DNA from: a bacterium
GTDB taxonomy: Bacteria > UBA8248 > JACPRG01 > G963555815
Direction of reading: 5' to 3'
Length of the DNA stretch: 64,000 nucleotides
Assembly (NCBI GenBank): GCA_963555815.3
Contig: CAUVWX020000002.1
Span: 128,001 to 192,000 of the forward strand
The notes under the pieces were generated by a model that did no database searches, was not told the origin of the DNA, and was given only the letters and a program-made list of their open reading frames with translations. The translations under genes were made by a program, and so were the position numbers. Of the stretch, positions 38,972 to 49,633 are shown piece by piece (position 1 is the first letter of the stretch; the number at the start of each line of letters is the position of its first letter).

Positions 38972-39721
38972 ATGTTTCCGGAACTTGCCCTAAAGCTGGC
39001 ACCTATTCTCGATGCCTATTTCCCCCCGGAGGACGTACGGGAGTTGGCGGCCCTTTTCGACATCAACCTTACTTCGACTGTGGACCACCAACCACGAATG
39101 TTGTCGGTCGCACGAGAGCTCACGGAGACGCTCGAGCAGGGGAACACCCGCCGGCTCCTCGACAGCCTACTTGACCTAGCGGAAAGTAGAAACAACGAGA
39201 GCGTAGCCCATACTACGTTTGAACGGCAAACCTTCCATCAGGAAATGAGCGGCGTGGTTCGGGAGGCTAAGGAGCTCCTAGAAACCTCGGTAGCGCCCCC
39301 CGAAATCGCCGTGGCGGCCGGAAGCGTCTTCTCGGCCAAGTCTAGGGTCCGCGAGATTCTCGAGACGGCAACAGACAGCATATTCGTTGTAGATCCTTAC
39401 GTGGGGCTTGGAACGCTGGACTGTCTAAGGAATCTTACAGTTCCGATCCGCCTGCTTACGGGCACCCAGCCGAGCTCCATCGAGACGGATTTTGATCGGG
39501 CGGTCCAATCCTTTTGCGCGGAAGGGCACACGCTGCAAGTAAGGCAGGTGGGGCAACTCCACGACCGTCACCTAGTTTTCAACGATCGCTGTTGGCTCGT
39601 TGGCGGATCATTGAAGGACGCCGGGAAGAAGCCCTTCAACTGCATCGAGATCACCGACGAGAAAGTTCTTGTAGTCACCGACTTGGAAGCCAAGTGGCAG
39701 GGCGGAACTCCGTTCCCCTAA
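38972..39721 (+). CDS. Cassette gene 3: helical N-terminal domain plus C-terminal PLD-like domain
   Basis: IFVVDPYV and LHDRHLVFNDRCWLVGGSLKDAGKK (HDR-type PLD-like motif). Confidence 0.7.
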   Translation: MFPELALKLAPILDAYFPPEDVRELAALFDINLTSTVDHQPRMLSVARELTETLEQGNTRRLLDSLLDLAESRNNESVAHTTFERQTFHQEMSGVVREAKELLETSVAPPEIAVAAGSVFSAKSRVREILETATDSIFVVDPYVGLGTLDCLRNLTVPIRLLTGTQPSSIETDFDRAVQSFCAEGHTLQVRQVGQLHDRHLVFNDRCWLVGGSLKDAGKKPFNCIEITDEKVLVVTDLEAKWQGGTPFP

Positions 39722-39744
39722 TTCTTTTCCGGCGGTGTGCGACG

Positions 39745-39772
39745 GTCTAACCAAGCGACTGCGCTACGCTCC
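39745..39772 (+). mobile_element. Truncated attC site 3 (left end only)
   Basis: GTCTAACCAAGCG lies 23 nt after the cassette-3 stop; there is no closing GTTRRRY before the repeat at 39795. Confidence 0.45.
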
Positions 39773-39794
39773 AGACCTAAATGAGCCATCCAGT

Positions 39795-39898
39795 GGTCCT
39801 GAGAAATTTTGGGTTCAGGGTTTGTTGTGGTTGGGACTCCGCCTCATCCGGGGGGTGTGGTGGGGGCCTCCCCCCCTCTCGGGGAATGGGGCTTTTCG
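39795..39898 (+). repeat. Island ~100-bp repeat, copy A
   Basis: GGTCCTGAGAAATTTTGGGT...GGGACTCCGCCTCATCCGGGGGGTG..TGGGGGCCTCCCCCCCTC, similar to the copies at 46350 and 55426. Confidence 0.75.
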
Positions 39899-39958
39899 GC
39901 GACGGCAGCCCACCTTGGCTGACCTGGTCTCGACGCTAAGGAGAAAGAAATGGAAGGT

Positions 39959-41533
39959 CTAGCGGTCCCCGAGCTCTTGGAGGAGGTTTTCAACTTCGGT
40001 CGCTATTGGGTGTCCTATCCTGCGGGAGATCTCAAGTGCCTCTCTGGCGTAGCGGATGGTCTCACCCCTTTGGCCCTGTTGATTTGCAAGGAGGGCGAGG
40101 TTGAAGAGCGTCCCTGAAACATCTGGCTCTTTGCCAAGTCTTCTTGCAATCGCAAGACCCTCCTGGAAGAGCCTTTCGGCCTCGTCGAAGCGGCCACGCT
40201 GCGCGGCGACTACTCCCAGGTTACCCAGCGTACTTGCGACATCTGGCTCATTTCCAAGTTTCTTATCAATCGCCAGGCTTTCCCGGAAAAGCCTTGCGGC
40301 CTCTTCTAAGCGCCCGCGCCTGTCGGCGACCAAGCCGAGGTTGTTCAGCGACCCTGCGACGCCTGGCTCGTCGCCAATTCTCCTCTTAATCGCTAGGCTC
40401 TCCTGGTGGAGCCTCTCGGCCTCGTCGTAGCGACCCCGGCTGCCGGCGACCAAACCGAGGCCACACAGCGACCCTGCGACGCCTGACTCATTGCCAAGTC
40501 TCCTCTCAATCGCCAGGCTCTCCTGGTAGAGTCTCTCGGCCTCATCGAAGCGACCGCGGTTACGGGCGACCTCGCCGCGGTTATTTAGCGCCGCTGCGAC
40601 GGTCCCTTCGTCGCCAAGTCTCCTTGCAATCTCCAAACTCTCCCGGTAGAGCCTCTCGGCCTCGTCGTAGCGCTCTTGCCTCCCGGCGACAATGCCGAGA
40701 TTATTGAGGACCTCCCCCGTCCCCTTTTCGTCTCCTCTCTTTGTGAAAACAGAAAGGGCGTGACGTCCCGCCTCCTCCGCCTCGTCCCACCTCCCGCGGC
40801 TTTCAAGGACCGCTCCAAGGTTTTGCCAGGCCTCGGCATAGTCCGGGTCAAGGGTGAGGGCCTGTTGATAGAGTGCAATGGCCTCATCCCAGCGGTTTTG
40901 GTCATAGGCCTCTCTTCCCTTTCCATGTAGCGCATAAGCATCAAAGGTCTTCGTCGCAGGCTTCTCGATCTTCTCCCTTGTCTCCTCAGGAACTTCTATC
41001 TTCTCTCCAGGAGGCAAGGAGGCCACCTCGCCGCCTATCACCTGCCGGTTCAGGACCTCAACCGCGTCAAGAGCAAGCGTCGCAAAAGCCTCAAAGAGAC
41101 GACCGTCCACCGGACTTACAAGGCTTGAAGCTCCGAGGACCGTTCCTGTCTCAACATCGACAAAACGGATGTTAACGTTGACACTTCCCGCAAAGATGAC
41201 AAAGGAGCCAAGACCCATGACCTCCGCCCCAAGCTGTTCTCCCAGCTGGGCGGCCTTCTCTTCGTTAAAGAGGTCAGAGAGGGAGAGACGAAGCTCATCC
41301 ACCAGCTTCTTCCACTGAGCCCGCTCTATCACCTGGATGCCTGGGACCTCGGAGAGCTTTCCAGCGAGGGTTTCGGGCACATTGAGGCCGATCCAGCTGA
41401 ATTCTTCCTTCAGGCTGCCCCCTGACTGGTTCTCTAGGTCCAGGACGGCAATCCGGCGGGCCCCCTCGGCAGGAAGCGCGAGGAGAAGTGAGAAAAGGAG
41501 GACGACGAGAGACGTTCGGCGAAGGACCATCAA
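39959..41533 (-). CDS. Exported CsgG/FlgO-like N-terminal domain plus tetratricopeptide repeat protein
   Basis: Signal peptide; IAVLDLEN, VIER and IRFVDVETG motifs; then ~40-aa TPR units (LNNLG.VA..RGR.DEAERLYQESLAI). Confidence 0.85.
   Translation of the reverse strand: MMVLRRTSLVVLLFSLLLALPAEGARRIAVLDLENQSGGSLKEEFSWIGLNVPETLAGKLSEVPGIQVIERAQWKKLVDELRLSLSDLFNEEKAAQLGEQLGAEVMGLGSFVIFAGSVNVNIRFVDVETGTVLGASSLVSPVDGRLFEAFATLALDAVEVLNRQVIGGEVASLPPGEKIEVPEETREKIEKPATKTFDAYALHGKGREAYDQNRWDEAIALYQQALTLDPDYAEAWQNLGAVLESRGRWDEAEEAGRHALSVFTKRGDEKGTGEVLNNLGIVAGRQERYDEAERLYRESLEIARRLGDEGTVAAALNNRGEVARNRGRFDEAERLYQESLAIERRLGNESGVAGSLCGLGLVAGSRGRYDEAERLHQESLAIKRRIGDEPGVAGSLNNLGLVADRRGRLEEAARLFRESLAIDKKLGNEPDVASTLGNLGVVAAQRGRFDEAERLFQEGLAIARRLGKEPDVSGTLFNLALLANQQGQRGETIRYAREALEISRRIGHPIATEVENLLQELGDR
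40050..40770 (-). repeat. Intragenic 120-bp tandem repeats encoding TPR units
   Basis: A GAGCCTCTCGGCCTCGTCG-like motif recurs at about 40169, 40289, 40409, 40529 and 40649. Confidence 0.85.
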
Positions 41534-41746
41534 GCCTTTCTCCTAAAAGAAGGTCTTAATGATATCATTTACAGAATTATCTGAGGAGGATTTTTCGATA
41601 CGGATCCACGTCAGGATGGGATGGAAAACCTTGTTGCCTTCTTCGCTAAATTCACGCTGAAGCGAGAGGACAAGCCCAAAGAAACGGCAATTGATGTTAA
41701 GGTTTAATAGGAAGCTTCAAATCTATTTTCCGAGGTCAGTAGTCTA

Positions 41747-44617
41747 ATGCCCCCTTTTGAAGTTCGTGAAGAGGTTCTAAACGTTGTTCTAGCCAACTTA
41801 CTCGAAGAGCGCGGTTTGCTCTCTGTTCCAGAGACGATCCGCCGCTCGGTGAGAGGTCGCAAGCACCGCTTGCCCGACGTGACTGTAGCAGACCTGTGGG
41901 GGATCCGAATAGTTATTGAAGGACGGGTTGGAAGAACTCCAGGGATTCGAAGGTCACTCCTCCACGATTCTCGGATGCGAATTGAGGAGGGGATTTGTCC
42001 TATTTGCCTGTCCGTTCTATATCCTGCCGAACTTCGTGTGGTCACTTCGATGCCGTTGCTCAAGAGGACGATGGCGCGTGAGTCGCTAATCGTTCGAGTT
42101 ATCTCAGAAAGCAGCGACGGCGATTGGGCTGATACCACAGTTGACGGACTATCAGAAATCCTTCGACGCAGTTACGAGCTCCTGGTTAGCGAAGATGTGG
42201 TGGCGAGTGCGGTTGGGGAGTTGGAGGAAAGCATCGACACAGCCAGCGAGATCCTTGTTTCGGCTCAGGCAGCAGCCCCAAGACTAAGGGACCTTCTGGG
42301 AATTCGAGAAGAGACAGACGGTGAGGATTTACGGATTTCGAGAATCGCAGCATTAACCCTAGTTAATGCCATGATTTTTCAACAGACCCTTGTCGCGCGG
42401 GCCCCCCGCGTCTGGCCACTAAAGCGATCGATTGCCCGACCGCATGTCGCAGAAGCACTTACCAATGCATGGGAGATCATTATCGGAGAAATTGATTACG
42501 TTCCTATTTTCAGTCTAGCCCTTAAGATAGTGGATGTATTATCAGGCAACCCCGGCTTAAATGATGCACTCCGAACACTTGCAGAATCTGCCATGCGGAT
42601 TACCGGCCGCCGAGCTGCGCTCAGACACGATTTAATGGGACGCATCTATCACCATCTATTGGCTGACAGGAAGTATTTTGGCGCCTACTATACTACGGTT
42701 CCAGCGGCAACCCTACTACTCAAACTCACCCTTGATCCGTCGCATTTTCGGGTCAACTGGAGCAATCTCGATCAAGTTTGTGAACTTCGTATAGCTGATC
42801 TGGCTAGCGGAACAGGGACACTTCTGAAGGCTGCTCTCCAGAGTATTGTGGATAACCACGTGCGTTCCCGTGCGGAAGATAAGGATTCGCCAAATCTTCT
42901 ATCATTGCACCAAGCCTTGGTTGAAGATAGCTTATGGGGTTTCGATGTGGTTCCTTTCGCAATTCATCTTGCGGCATCAGCTCTTGCGATGCACGAACCG
43001 GACGCGCAGTTTAGAGATATGCGTTTGCATACTATGTCACTAGGTGGTGGCCGCTGGCCCAACTTGGGCAGTTTAGATTTTCTGTCAGGGAGCCGCGTTA
43101 GGGTGCAAGCAGATCTCTTTGGCAGTCCTACTGGACCTGGCCGCGTGACTGCCGCAGGAGAAGTGAGGGAGACGGTCGAAGTTCCGCTGTTGGATCTCTG
43201 CGTTATGAATCCACCATTTACCAGAAGTGTGGGTGGGAACCTGCTTTTTGGCCATGCTCCTCCACGTCAGCGCCGGCAAATGCAAGATGAATTAGGTAAC
43301 ATTGTTAGACGAAGAGGGGTTCCTGCTAATATTACGGCTGGCCTCGGGTCCGTGTTCGCCGCTTTGGCCCATCAGTATATCAAGCCTGGGGGATACTTAG
43401 CGTTAGTGCTCCCCCGCGCACTATTATCGGGAGTCGCTTGGGGGCGAACCCGGCAGCTCATTGGCACCTACTACCACGTTGAATACGTGATCGTTAGCCA
43501 TGAGCCTGGGCGATGGAACTTCTCAGAAAACACAAGTCTCAGTGAATGCCTGATTGTCGCTAGACGCCTTCAAGAAGGAGAAATTCCAGTTGAGACCAAG
43601 ATCGTTAACTTATGGGTTCAGCCAAAAACGAGTATTGAGGCGTTAACCGTCTCTGATCTCGTTCGCCGGACACCAGGAGTCCATTTAGACGCGGAAACCG
43701 GGATTGACGAGTTGCGGACTGAAACACAGAAATTCGGTGAAGTAATCATCTGCCCACCAGAACGGATCCGAGTAGGGCAGTGGAATCAAGAGGCCGCCTT
43801 CTCGCAGACAGACCTTAACCGTGTGGCATATCATTTAAAGGAAGGCCAAATTTACATTCCTGGTCGAGGCGCAATTGCTAGTATCCCAAGGATTCATCTC
43901 CAAGGATTAGGGGAACTCGGATCCGATAGAAGAGACATTCATGATGGATTTCGGCCTACACCCGATCCAACTCCATACGCGGCGTTCTGGGGACATTCTA
44001 CTGATTTGGTTCGGCACTTGTCCCAGACACCCAACCGCCATTTGTCGCCACTCGGACGCCCCCTTCCGGGTCGCCCGCGTCGAGATCCTCATCTTCTGTG
44101 GTCACGTTCGGGACGATTGTTAATTGCTGAGCGACTGAGGCTTAATACAGTTCGGGTATTGAGTGTCTATCTTGACCGACAAGTTCTCTCCAATACTTGG
44201 TGGCCCTTCAGTGGCTTTCACGGGGGGCAGCGTTCCAGCGGAAGAAATCGAACGCATCCTCGTGCTTTGGCTCAACTCTACCTTGGGAGTGATTTCCTTG
44301 ATAGCAGCTCGGGTTGACACTGAAGGTGCATGGGTCGACCTCAAAAAGCCTAGTCTCGAGGCTACCATTGTGATGAATGCGTCGGTTCTTTCAAGGGAAC
44401 AAGGGAACAACGTCGAATGCTGATTGAGACCTATGAGGAAATATCAGAGCAAGATTTTCTTCGGCTTCCAGAAATAAACCACGATGTTGTGAGGAGCCGG
44501 GTTGATTCGGCCATAATGACAGCTTTTGGCTGTTCAGAGGATCTCGCCGTACTCCGCGAAATGTTGTCGGTTGAGCCCCTTATGCTCGGTTCCCCGGTAG
44601 TAACGGGCACTTCGTGA
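41747..44617 (+). pseudogene. Type IIG-like fused restriction-modification enzyme (N6-adenine MTase) with two frameshifts near the 3' end
   Basis: N-terminal PD..E (LPDV..VIEGR), GAYYT, DLASGTGTLL and MNPPF motifs. The tail continues in ORFs 44163-44423 and 44417-44617. Confidence 0.8.
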
Positions 44618-44759
44618 GTCCTCGGTCAAGTAAGCCCGGAGAGCGCTTAACAATACGTACTTAGCTTACTTAACTAACCCATTGCTCAAATTTCTTTAGC
44701 CTTTTTGATTCCAGTTGTTCCAATGGGACACCACAGTCGTTACAAAGATAAGATGGAGA

Positions 44760-45428
44760 CTAATTGATATCTAGCTCCAGCTTAAGAGGCCGCCCAATGC
44801 AGGAGAAGCAGCCACATTCTCCGCATCGGGGACACACATGGACTGTTTCAACTCTCTTCCCACAATGTGAACATTTGAAAAAGAAGAGCCTTTTCTTGAA
44901 GACCGTAAAGAGGTAGATACCTCCCAGCCATATTATTAGTGCACTACCCCAGAAGACAAGGGCGGTCCGCCAAAGAGGAAACCCTTCCCCCGAGGGAGCC
45001 AATATATTTGTCAAAGACCAAACGGCCCACAAAACTAAGACCAGAAAAGAAATACCTAATATAAACCCGGTCAGCCACTTGCCGGTTCGTAAACCAGCCT
45101 TTTTTAAAAAGTAGCTTAAGGGTTTCTGCGCATTTGCTTTAGCGGTCTCCTGGGCCCGATCCCGCCATTTCCGCATTCTTTGAGATAGCTTGGGATTTTT
45201 TTCTAATACGGAGATTAAACATCTGTCATATTCCGCTCGTTTCTCCGGATCCCCCAATATCTCCCGGGCCTCTATAATCGTTATTGTTTTTTCTTTTGCA
45301 TCGGCAGATTGGTTTTTGTCTGGGTGCCATCTTAAAAGTTGTCTACGAAACGTTTTTTGAACCTCAGATGGAGAAGCGCCTCTGGAAATATCAAGCACTT
45401 GATAATAATCGACAATTTGTTCCATCAC
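44760..45428 (-). CDS. DnaJ (J-domain) membrane protein with C-terminal Cys-rich Zn ribbon
   Basis: DYYQVL...WHPDKN...ILGDPEKRAEYD, two TM segments, and CSHC..CPRCGECGCFSC. Confidence 0.8.
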   Translation of the reverse strand: MMEQIVDYYQVLDISRGASPSEVQKTFRRQLLRWHPDKNQSADAKEKTITIIEAREILGDPEKRAEYDRCLISVLEKNPKLSQRMRKWRDRAQETAKANAQKPLSYFLKKAGLRTGKWLTGFILGISFLVLVLWAVWSLTNILAPSGEGFPLWRTALVFWGSALIIWLGGIYLFTVFKKRLFFFKCSHCGKRVETVHVCPRCGECGCFSCIGRPLKLELDIN

Positions 45429-45650
45429 CTAAGCTTGAAATCCTCGCCGCAGTTCAGGTCCAGATGTCTCCCTTATCTCAAATCCCTTTTCGCTTTTTCT
45501 TGGGGACTCTTCTGATTCTCTATTGGGCCAATTTTGTTCATTTATAGGGATTTGTTTGACTTGTATCACGGCTTCATAAAGTCGTTGCTTCGCGGGTGGA
45601 TAAAACTTATACATCCAAGCACGGCTTTGATTGCTCGGATAGAATAAGAT

Positions 45651-46073
45651 CTATTTCATTCTCCCATTGGTGGTGCCTCCAAAGGCGTCCTTCAGAACGG
45701 TAATGCCGATGGCGACACAGAAGAGGAACGCCCCCCACACAACCACATCAACGGACCAGCTCTTCCCGAGGAAATCCACCATAACTACAGGGAAAGCTAC
45801 CCCTAGCGCGAAGAAGAACAGGGCTGTTCCTATCACTTTCACTTGTTTCGAGCTACCAGTGGCCTCGAAGAGGCCATCCCGTTCAACCGCGGGCTCAAGA
45901 GGAGGGGGGAGAGAGGGCCTATGTTCTCGGTTGTCGTCGCCAGCATCCTCAGGGCCGTCTCGTCGAACGCTGGCCTGATCATCACTTATATGTGTCTCCT
46001 CCCTCCAGGACTCCGTGTAGATGGTCAAGAAGACCACGAACCCTATTAGAATCAGAGTCACTATCAGTGCCAT
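45651..46073 (-). CDS. Hypothetical membrane protein
   Basis: 140 aa with three hydrophobic segments. Confidence 0.55.
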   Translation of the reverse strand: MALIVTLILIGFVVFLTIYTESWREETHISDDQASVRRDGPEDAGDDNREHRPSLPPPLEPAVERDGLFEATGSSKQVKVIGTALFFFALGVAFPVVMVDFLGKSWSVDVVVWGAFLFCVAIGITVLKDAFGGTTNGRMK

Positions 46074-46349
46074 TCCGTCAGCTTCCTAGATATCTCCACC
46101 GTTCCTTCGCGGCCCAGGTCTTGCCTGAGCCAGCACCGAAGATACTTCCAGAAGGCGTCGTCGTGGGAGTAGGGGTAGTAGCCGCCCTCGCGGGAGAGTG
46201 GCCCCCCCTCCGCTGCCTCCCAGACAGTATCCTAGTGCGCTGCAGGTCCTCGGTCACCCCCTTTTTCAAGGACCGTCTGACACCCCCTGGAGGAGGACTT
46301 TCCGATATGGAATGGCAGCTGGAGGAGCTTTGGGTAGCGATAGGGTAGG

Positions 46350-46454
46350 GGTCCCGAGAAAATTTGGGTATTTGGTATGGTCAGGATGGGACCCCCCCCT
46401 CATCCTGGGGGTGGTGGGGGGCTACCCCCCTCCGGGGGATGAGCTTTTTCGGGG
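46350..46454 (+). repeat. Island ~100-bp repeat, copy B (overlaps the polB 3' end)
   Basis: GGTCCCGAGAAAATTTGGGTATTTGGTATGGTC...GGGGGGCTACCCCCCTCCGG. Confidence 0.8.
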
Positions 46455-48633
46455 AAGCCCCACCTTCCATCACTATCCAGAGTTCTTTCACAGCTCGATC
46501 AAGAAGCTCCGTATAGGCCTCAGCATCGTAGAGGTCCTCTGGGCGGATGAAGGGGGCCGCCCTGACTCGGGTCTCTTTCAAAGGGTCTCTGACATTCTTG
46601 AGGAGAAAGGACACCTTCTCTCCGGGATGCAATCTGATTCCGGCCCTTTCATACTCTCTTGCCGCAAGAGCAGTTCGGCTGTCCACCTTGTAGTCCGATG
46701 GTTTACGGGTAAGACGTCGGCTCAGGAGAAGGAGGTGGCAAGGGACATTTCCAGACCGGAGCTCGTCCCGCCACCGCTCCCATTCTTCCTTTGCCTTAGG
46801 GATAAGGTCCTGGTACTCCTTCAGGTTCTTAGCGGTGGTGAGAATCTTCAGCACTGAAAGCTGGGCCTCCTGGATGAAGCGGGGTGTGTCCCGTCTTCGA
46901 TAGGCAAGGCCTCTCGCCTTTAACCCCCCATCCCGAAAGAGTCCGAAGAATCGGCTTGGGACTCCAACCCCAGGCCTCTGCTTTGAGGGGAGGAAATGGA
47001 CCCACCGGTAGATCCCCTCAAGGGCCATCGGGATACGAGTCCTTGTCTCAATCTCCCGAATGAGCTCCAAAAGGACCTCCTGCCTCATGTCCCCACCCTG
47101 GAGCCAGAGGGAGTCGGTCAGGGCGTGGAGCATCCGGTACCCTTTCCCCTCCGCCAACTCTTTGGCCTGAAGCAAAGTCTCTCGTCCGATGGCTGTTACT
47201 GCTTCATGGGCCTCGATCCTTCCGAACCGGGCATTTCGATATCCGAGATACCCAAAACAGGTCACAAGCATCCACTTGAGGGCCGTCTGACGTCGGTCAA
47301 AGCGAATCCGGTCCTCTTCTGTCTTCGCTTCTCGCCTACGCCGCTTGTACTTTTCTCTTAGCTTGAGGATAGGGGCTAAGACTCTGGGAACCAGGCCTTC
47401 TCTACGCCTACAAAGGTGATAGCCCGACTCAGGAACTCTTTCGCCGTCCTCCTTGCAACAAGAACACAGGACCGTTTCAGGTGAGATGTTATGAGCCATC
47501 ATGATGGCGGGGTACATGGAGGCGAAATCGATCTCGGCCACGTCCTCGAAGGCCCCCACTTGGGGAGCATAGGTCAAGCCTCCCTTGTCGGCGATGAAGA
47601 GGGTCCAGGGACTCTTGAAGGCTTCAGGTTCTCCCTTTCGCCAGGGAACGAGGATGTTCTGGCTGAAAGCCGCATCGAGTTGCATGGAGGAGATGGCTGT
47701 TCCGGGCGATGTCCGAGCAGAAGTCTGGACCGGAACCTTTGAAAGACGGGCGAGCTCAACAATGCCCTCCAAACCCCCTTCCTTGTGCATGAAGGAGGCT
47801 TTCTGGTCGATGTGCCAGCGGCCATAAAGGGGGTAGCGAGGGGGTGAATAGAGAATTTGGCCATAGGTGAAGTAAGAGCGCCCCTCAGTCCTCAAGAAGC
47901 GTGAGGGGGGCTTTGGGTCTCGGTCGAGACGAAGGCTCTTTCTGGCAAGTCGCTCGGCCTGAAGGAGCCAGGGAAAGAGAAGAGTATCTCCCTGAGTAGT
48001 GAGGATGAGGTCGGGGTCAGCGAGGTCGAGTAGGGAGTTTAATGCTGAGACAAGCTCTTCTGGTCTCTCAGACTCAATCTCGTAGTCTCTTCCATCCCAG
48101 ATGGCTCTGATCCCTGGAAAACGGCCCCGAAAATCCCCCAGAGGTTCAAGCTCCAGTACCTGAAGATGAGGGAGCGTGAACTCCTCCCAGGGCAACTCAG
48201 CTGCCTCAATCTCTTCGACGGTATCCCCTGTGACCCCTGCCCGGATCCGCCCGCACGGAAAGAGGCCTGTCTCATAGAGATAGGCCTGAGGAAGGGGGAG
48301 GTCGGCGTTGTAGATGCGAAGAGGACCGTCGTACTCAGGAAGGAATTGAGAGAGCTTTTGGTACTGGGGTCCCCCCGAAACTTTAAGCTCAAGAACCCGG
48401 ATATTCTTGCCGGACCAGAACTCGACCTTCTCTGTCCACCTGGCCCCTTGGATGAGACGCTTGCCCTTGAGGGAGGTCACAAGGCGCCTCAGAGGTGTTT
48501 CCTTTCCTTCCAGGTATATCCTGGGCCGGTAGGCGTGGCGAAGGAGTTTCGGGCCCTCTTTGGTCAGGATCCAAAGCCGAGCCTCCCCACCTACGATGTA
48601 GATATCGAAGAGGGTCCCTTCAACGGTTCCCAT
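46381..48633 (-). CDS. Family B DNA polymerase, PolB2/G2-like, with degenerate exonuclease and altered motif C
   Basis: Motif A DFASMYP, motif [13 protein letters not shown], motif C HALTDS (versus YGDTDS), HNISPET..C.CC and K.RG...RRRDTP. Confidence 0.88.
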   Translation of the reverse strand: MGTVEGTLFDIYIVGGEARLWILTKEGPKLLRHAYRPRIYLEGKETPLRRLVTSLKGKRLIQGARWTEKVEFWSGKNIRVLELKVSGGPQYQKLSQFLPEYDGPLRIYNADLPLPQAYLYETGLFPCGRIRAGVTGDTVEEIEAAELPWEEFTLPHLQVLELEPLGDFRGRFPGIRAIWDGRDYEIESERPEELVSALNSLLDLADPDLILTTQGDTLLFPWLLQAERLARKSLRLDRDPKPPSRFLRTEGRSYFTYGQILYSPPRYPLYGRWHIDQKASFMHKEGGLEGIVELARLSKVPVQTSARTSPGTAISSMQLDAAFSQNILVPWRKGEPEAFKSPWTLFIADKGGLTYAPQVGAFEDVAEIDFASMYPAIMMAHNISPETVLCSCCKEDGERVPESGYHLCRRREGLVPRVLAPILKLREKYKRRRREAKTEEDRIRFDRRQTALKWMLVTCFGYLGYRNARFGRIEAHEAVTAIGRETLLQAKELAEGKGYRMLHALTDSLWLQGGDMRQEVLLELIREIETRTRIPMALEGIYRWVHFLPSKQRPGVGVPSRFFGLFRDGGLKARGLAYRRRDTPRFIQEAQLSVLKILTTAKNLKEYQDLIPKAKEEWERWRDELRSGNVPCHLLLLSRRLTRKPSDYKVDSRTALAAREYERAGIRLHPGEKVSFLLKNVRDPLKETRVRAAPFIRPEDLYDAEAYTELLDRAVKELWIVMEGGASPKKLIPRRGVAPHHPQDEGGVPS

Positions 48634-48937
48634 TGGCCCTCAGGAGGTTTATTTCCTGCCTCAAGGCGGCCACTTCATTCATCAGGATCTCGACTTCGGT
48701 CCGAAGGGGCAAAAACTTCTCGATGAACTTCTGTTGTTCGATGAGGGCAGAGAGGAGGATTAAGTCCATTGGCCAGGGATGGCCTGAATAGACGGATGGG
48801 GCCACATGGTGCTTTCCGAAGGCGAAGAGCCGATCGAAGGCATCCTGATCTTCTTTCCTGAGAGCCCGCCTGAACTGGTTTAATGCCCTTTCCTCCTGCG
48901 CAAGGACCTGGCTGAAGGGAGCTACCGTTCGTCCCAT
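48620..48937 (-). CDS. Small alpha-helical PolB2-associated protein (arCOG07300-like)
   Basis: MGRTVAPF...FRRALRKEDQDAFDRLF pattern; overlaps both neighbouring genes. Confidence 0.75.
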   Translation of the reverse strand: MGRTVAPFSQVLAQEERALNQFRRALRKEDQDAFDRLFAFGKHHVAPSVYSGHPWPMDLILLSALIEQQKFIEKFLPLRTEVEILMNEVAALRQEINLLRANGNR

Positions 48938-49602
48938 CGTGTTTCCTCCCAATGGGCAAGGAGCGGAAGGGTGCCTCCCTCCGTGGGCCTGAGGGTTTGC
49001 GTTAGCGGTTTCAGAATTCTCACCCTTGGCCCCCACTTATCCTTCTCCGCCAGGGCCACGGTCTCGACCAGGGAAGGGAGCTCACGAAAAAGGGTTCGCC
49101 TCTCCCTGGCACCGGCCACTGAAGGCTGGGCAATAAGGAGGGGGGCACTGATTCTCAGGAGTGCTGTTTGAAGCCGCTTGAAGAGAGCCTTGACCTCCTG
49201 CCAGGGAATGCCCTCATCCATGAAGGTGTTGAGGGGTCCTGAGACGACAACGAGTGCAGGGTCTTTCTCTAAGAGTCCTTGAACCCTTTCCTCTAGAAGA
49301 ACCGTGAGCTGATGACAGGTAAAGGCCCTGGAGAGAAGAAAACCTTCCCGGTTGAGAATGTCTTCTGGGTGAAGGCCAATCCGCCGTGCATAACGGGCCA
49401 CTATGTAGGGGTCAAAAGCATTGGCCCCGTCCACGAAGAGGACCCGGCCCCCAGAAGCGGCTAGGACTCCGGAAAGAAGGGTTGCCGCAGGAAGAGCGAG
49501 ACTACCTCCAAGGAGAACTCGACCCCTTGGGATCTGGATCCGCACCTCGCCCATAAGGGCTTCAAGGGGAACGCCAGGGGAGACTTGGACGGTGGGGATC
49601 AT
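48922..49602 (-). CDS. Inactivated RadA/RecA-fold protein (ImuA-analogous)
   Basis: VLFVDGANAFDPY and SRAFTCHQL RadA-like motifs; no Walker A GxxGxGKT. ATG 49602 is preferred because a promoter lies just upstream. Confidence 0.75.
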   Translation of the reverse strand: MIPTVQVSPGVPLEALMGEVRIQIPRGRVLLGGSLALPAATLLSGVLAASGGRVLFVDGANAFDPYIVARYARRIGLHPEDILNREGFLLSRAFTCHQLTVLLEERVQGLLEKDPALVVVSGPLNTFMDEGIPWQEVKALFKRLQTALLRISAPLLIAQPSVAGARERRTLFRELPSLVETVALAEKDKWGPRVRILKPLTQTLRPTEGGTLPLLAHWEETRWDER

Positions 49603-49633
49603 AGTGTGGAGCCTCAACAATAGAGTGGTAATA

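Noticed and set aside
40050..40770. Regular 120-bp repeats as a possible CRISPR or ncRNA array
   Set aside because: They are in-frame coding repeats of TPR units, with no unique spacers and no cas genes.
44644..44680. GCTTAAC after the R-M gene as a possible attC start
   Set aside because: There is no complementary GTTRRRY end or stem downstream.
45429..45614. Small ORF separated from the J-domain gene by one in-frame TAG (possible readthrough or nonsense mutation)
   Set aside because: The J-domain gene has its own plausible start with the J-domain at the N-terminus; nothing supports a fusion.
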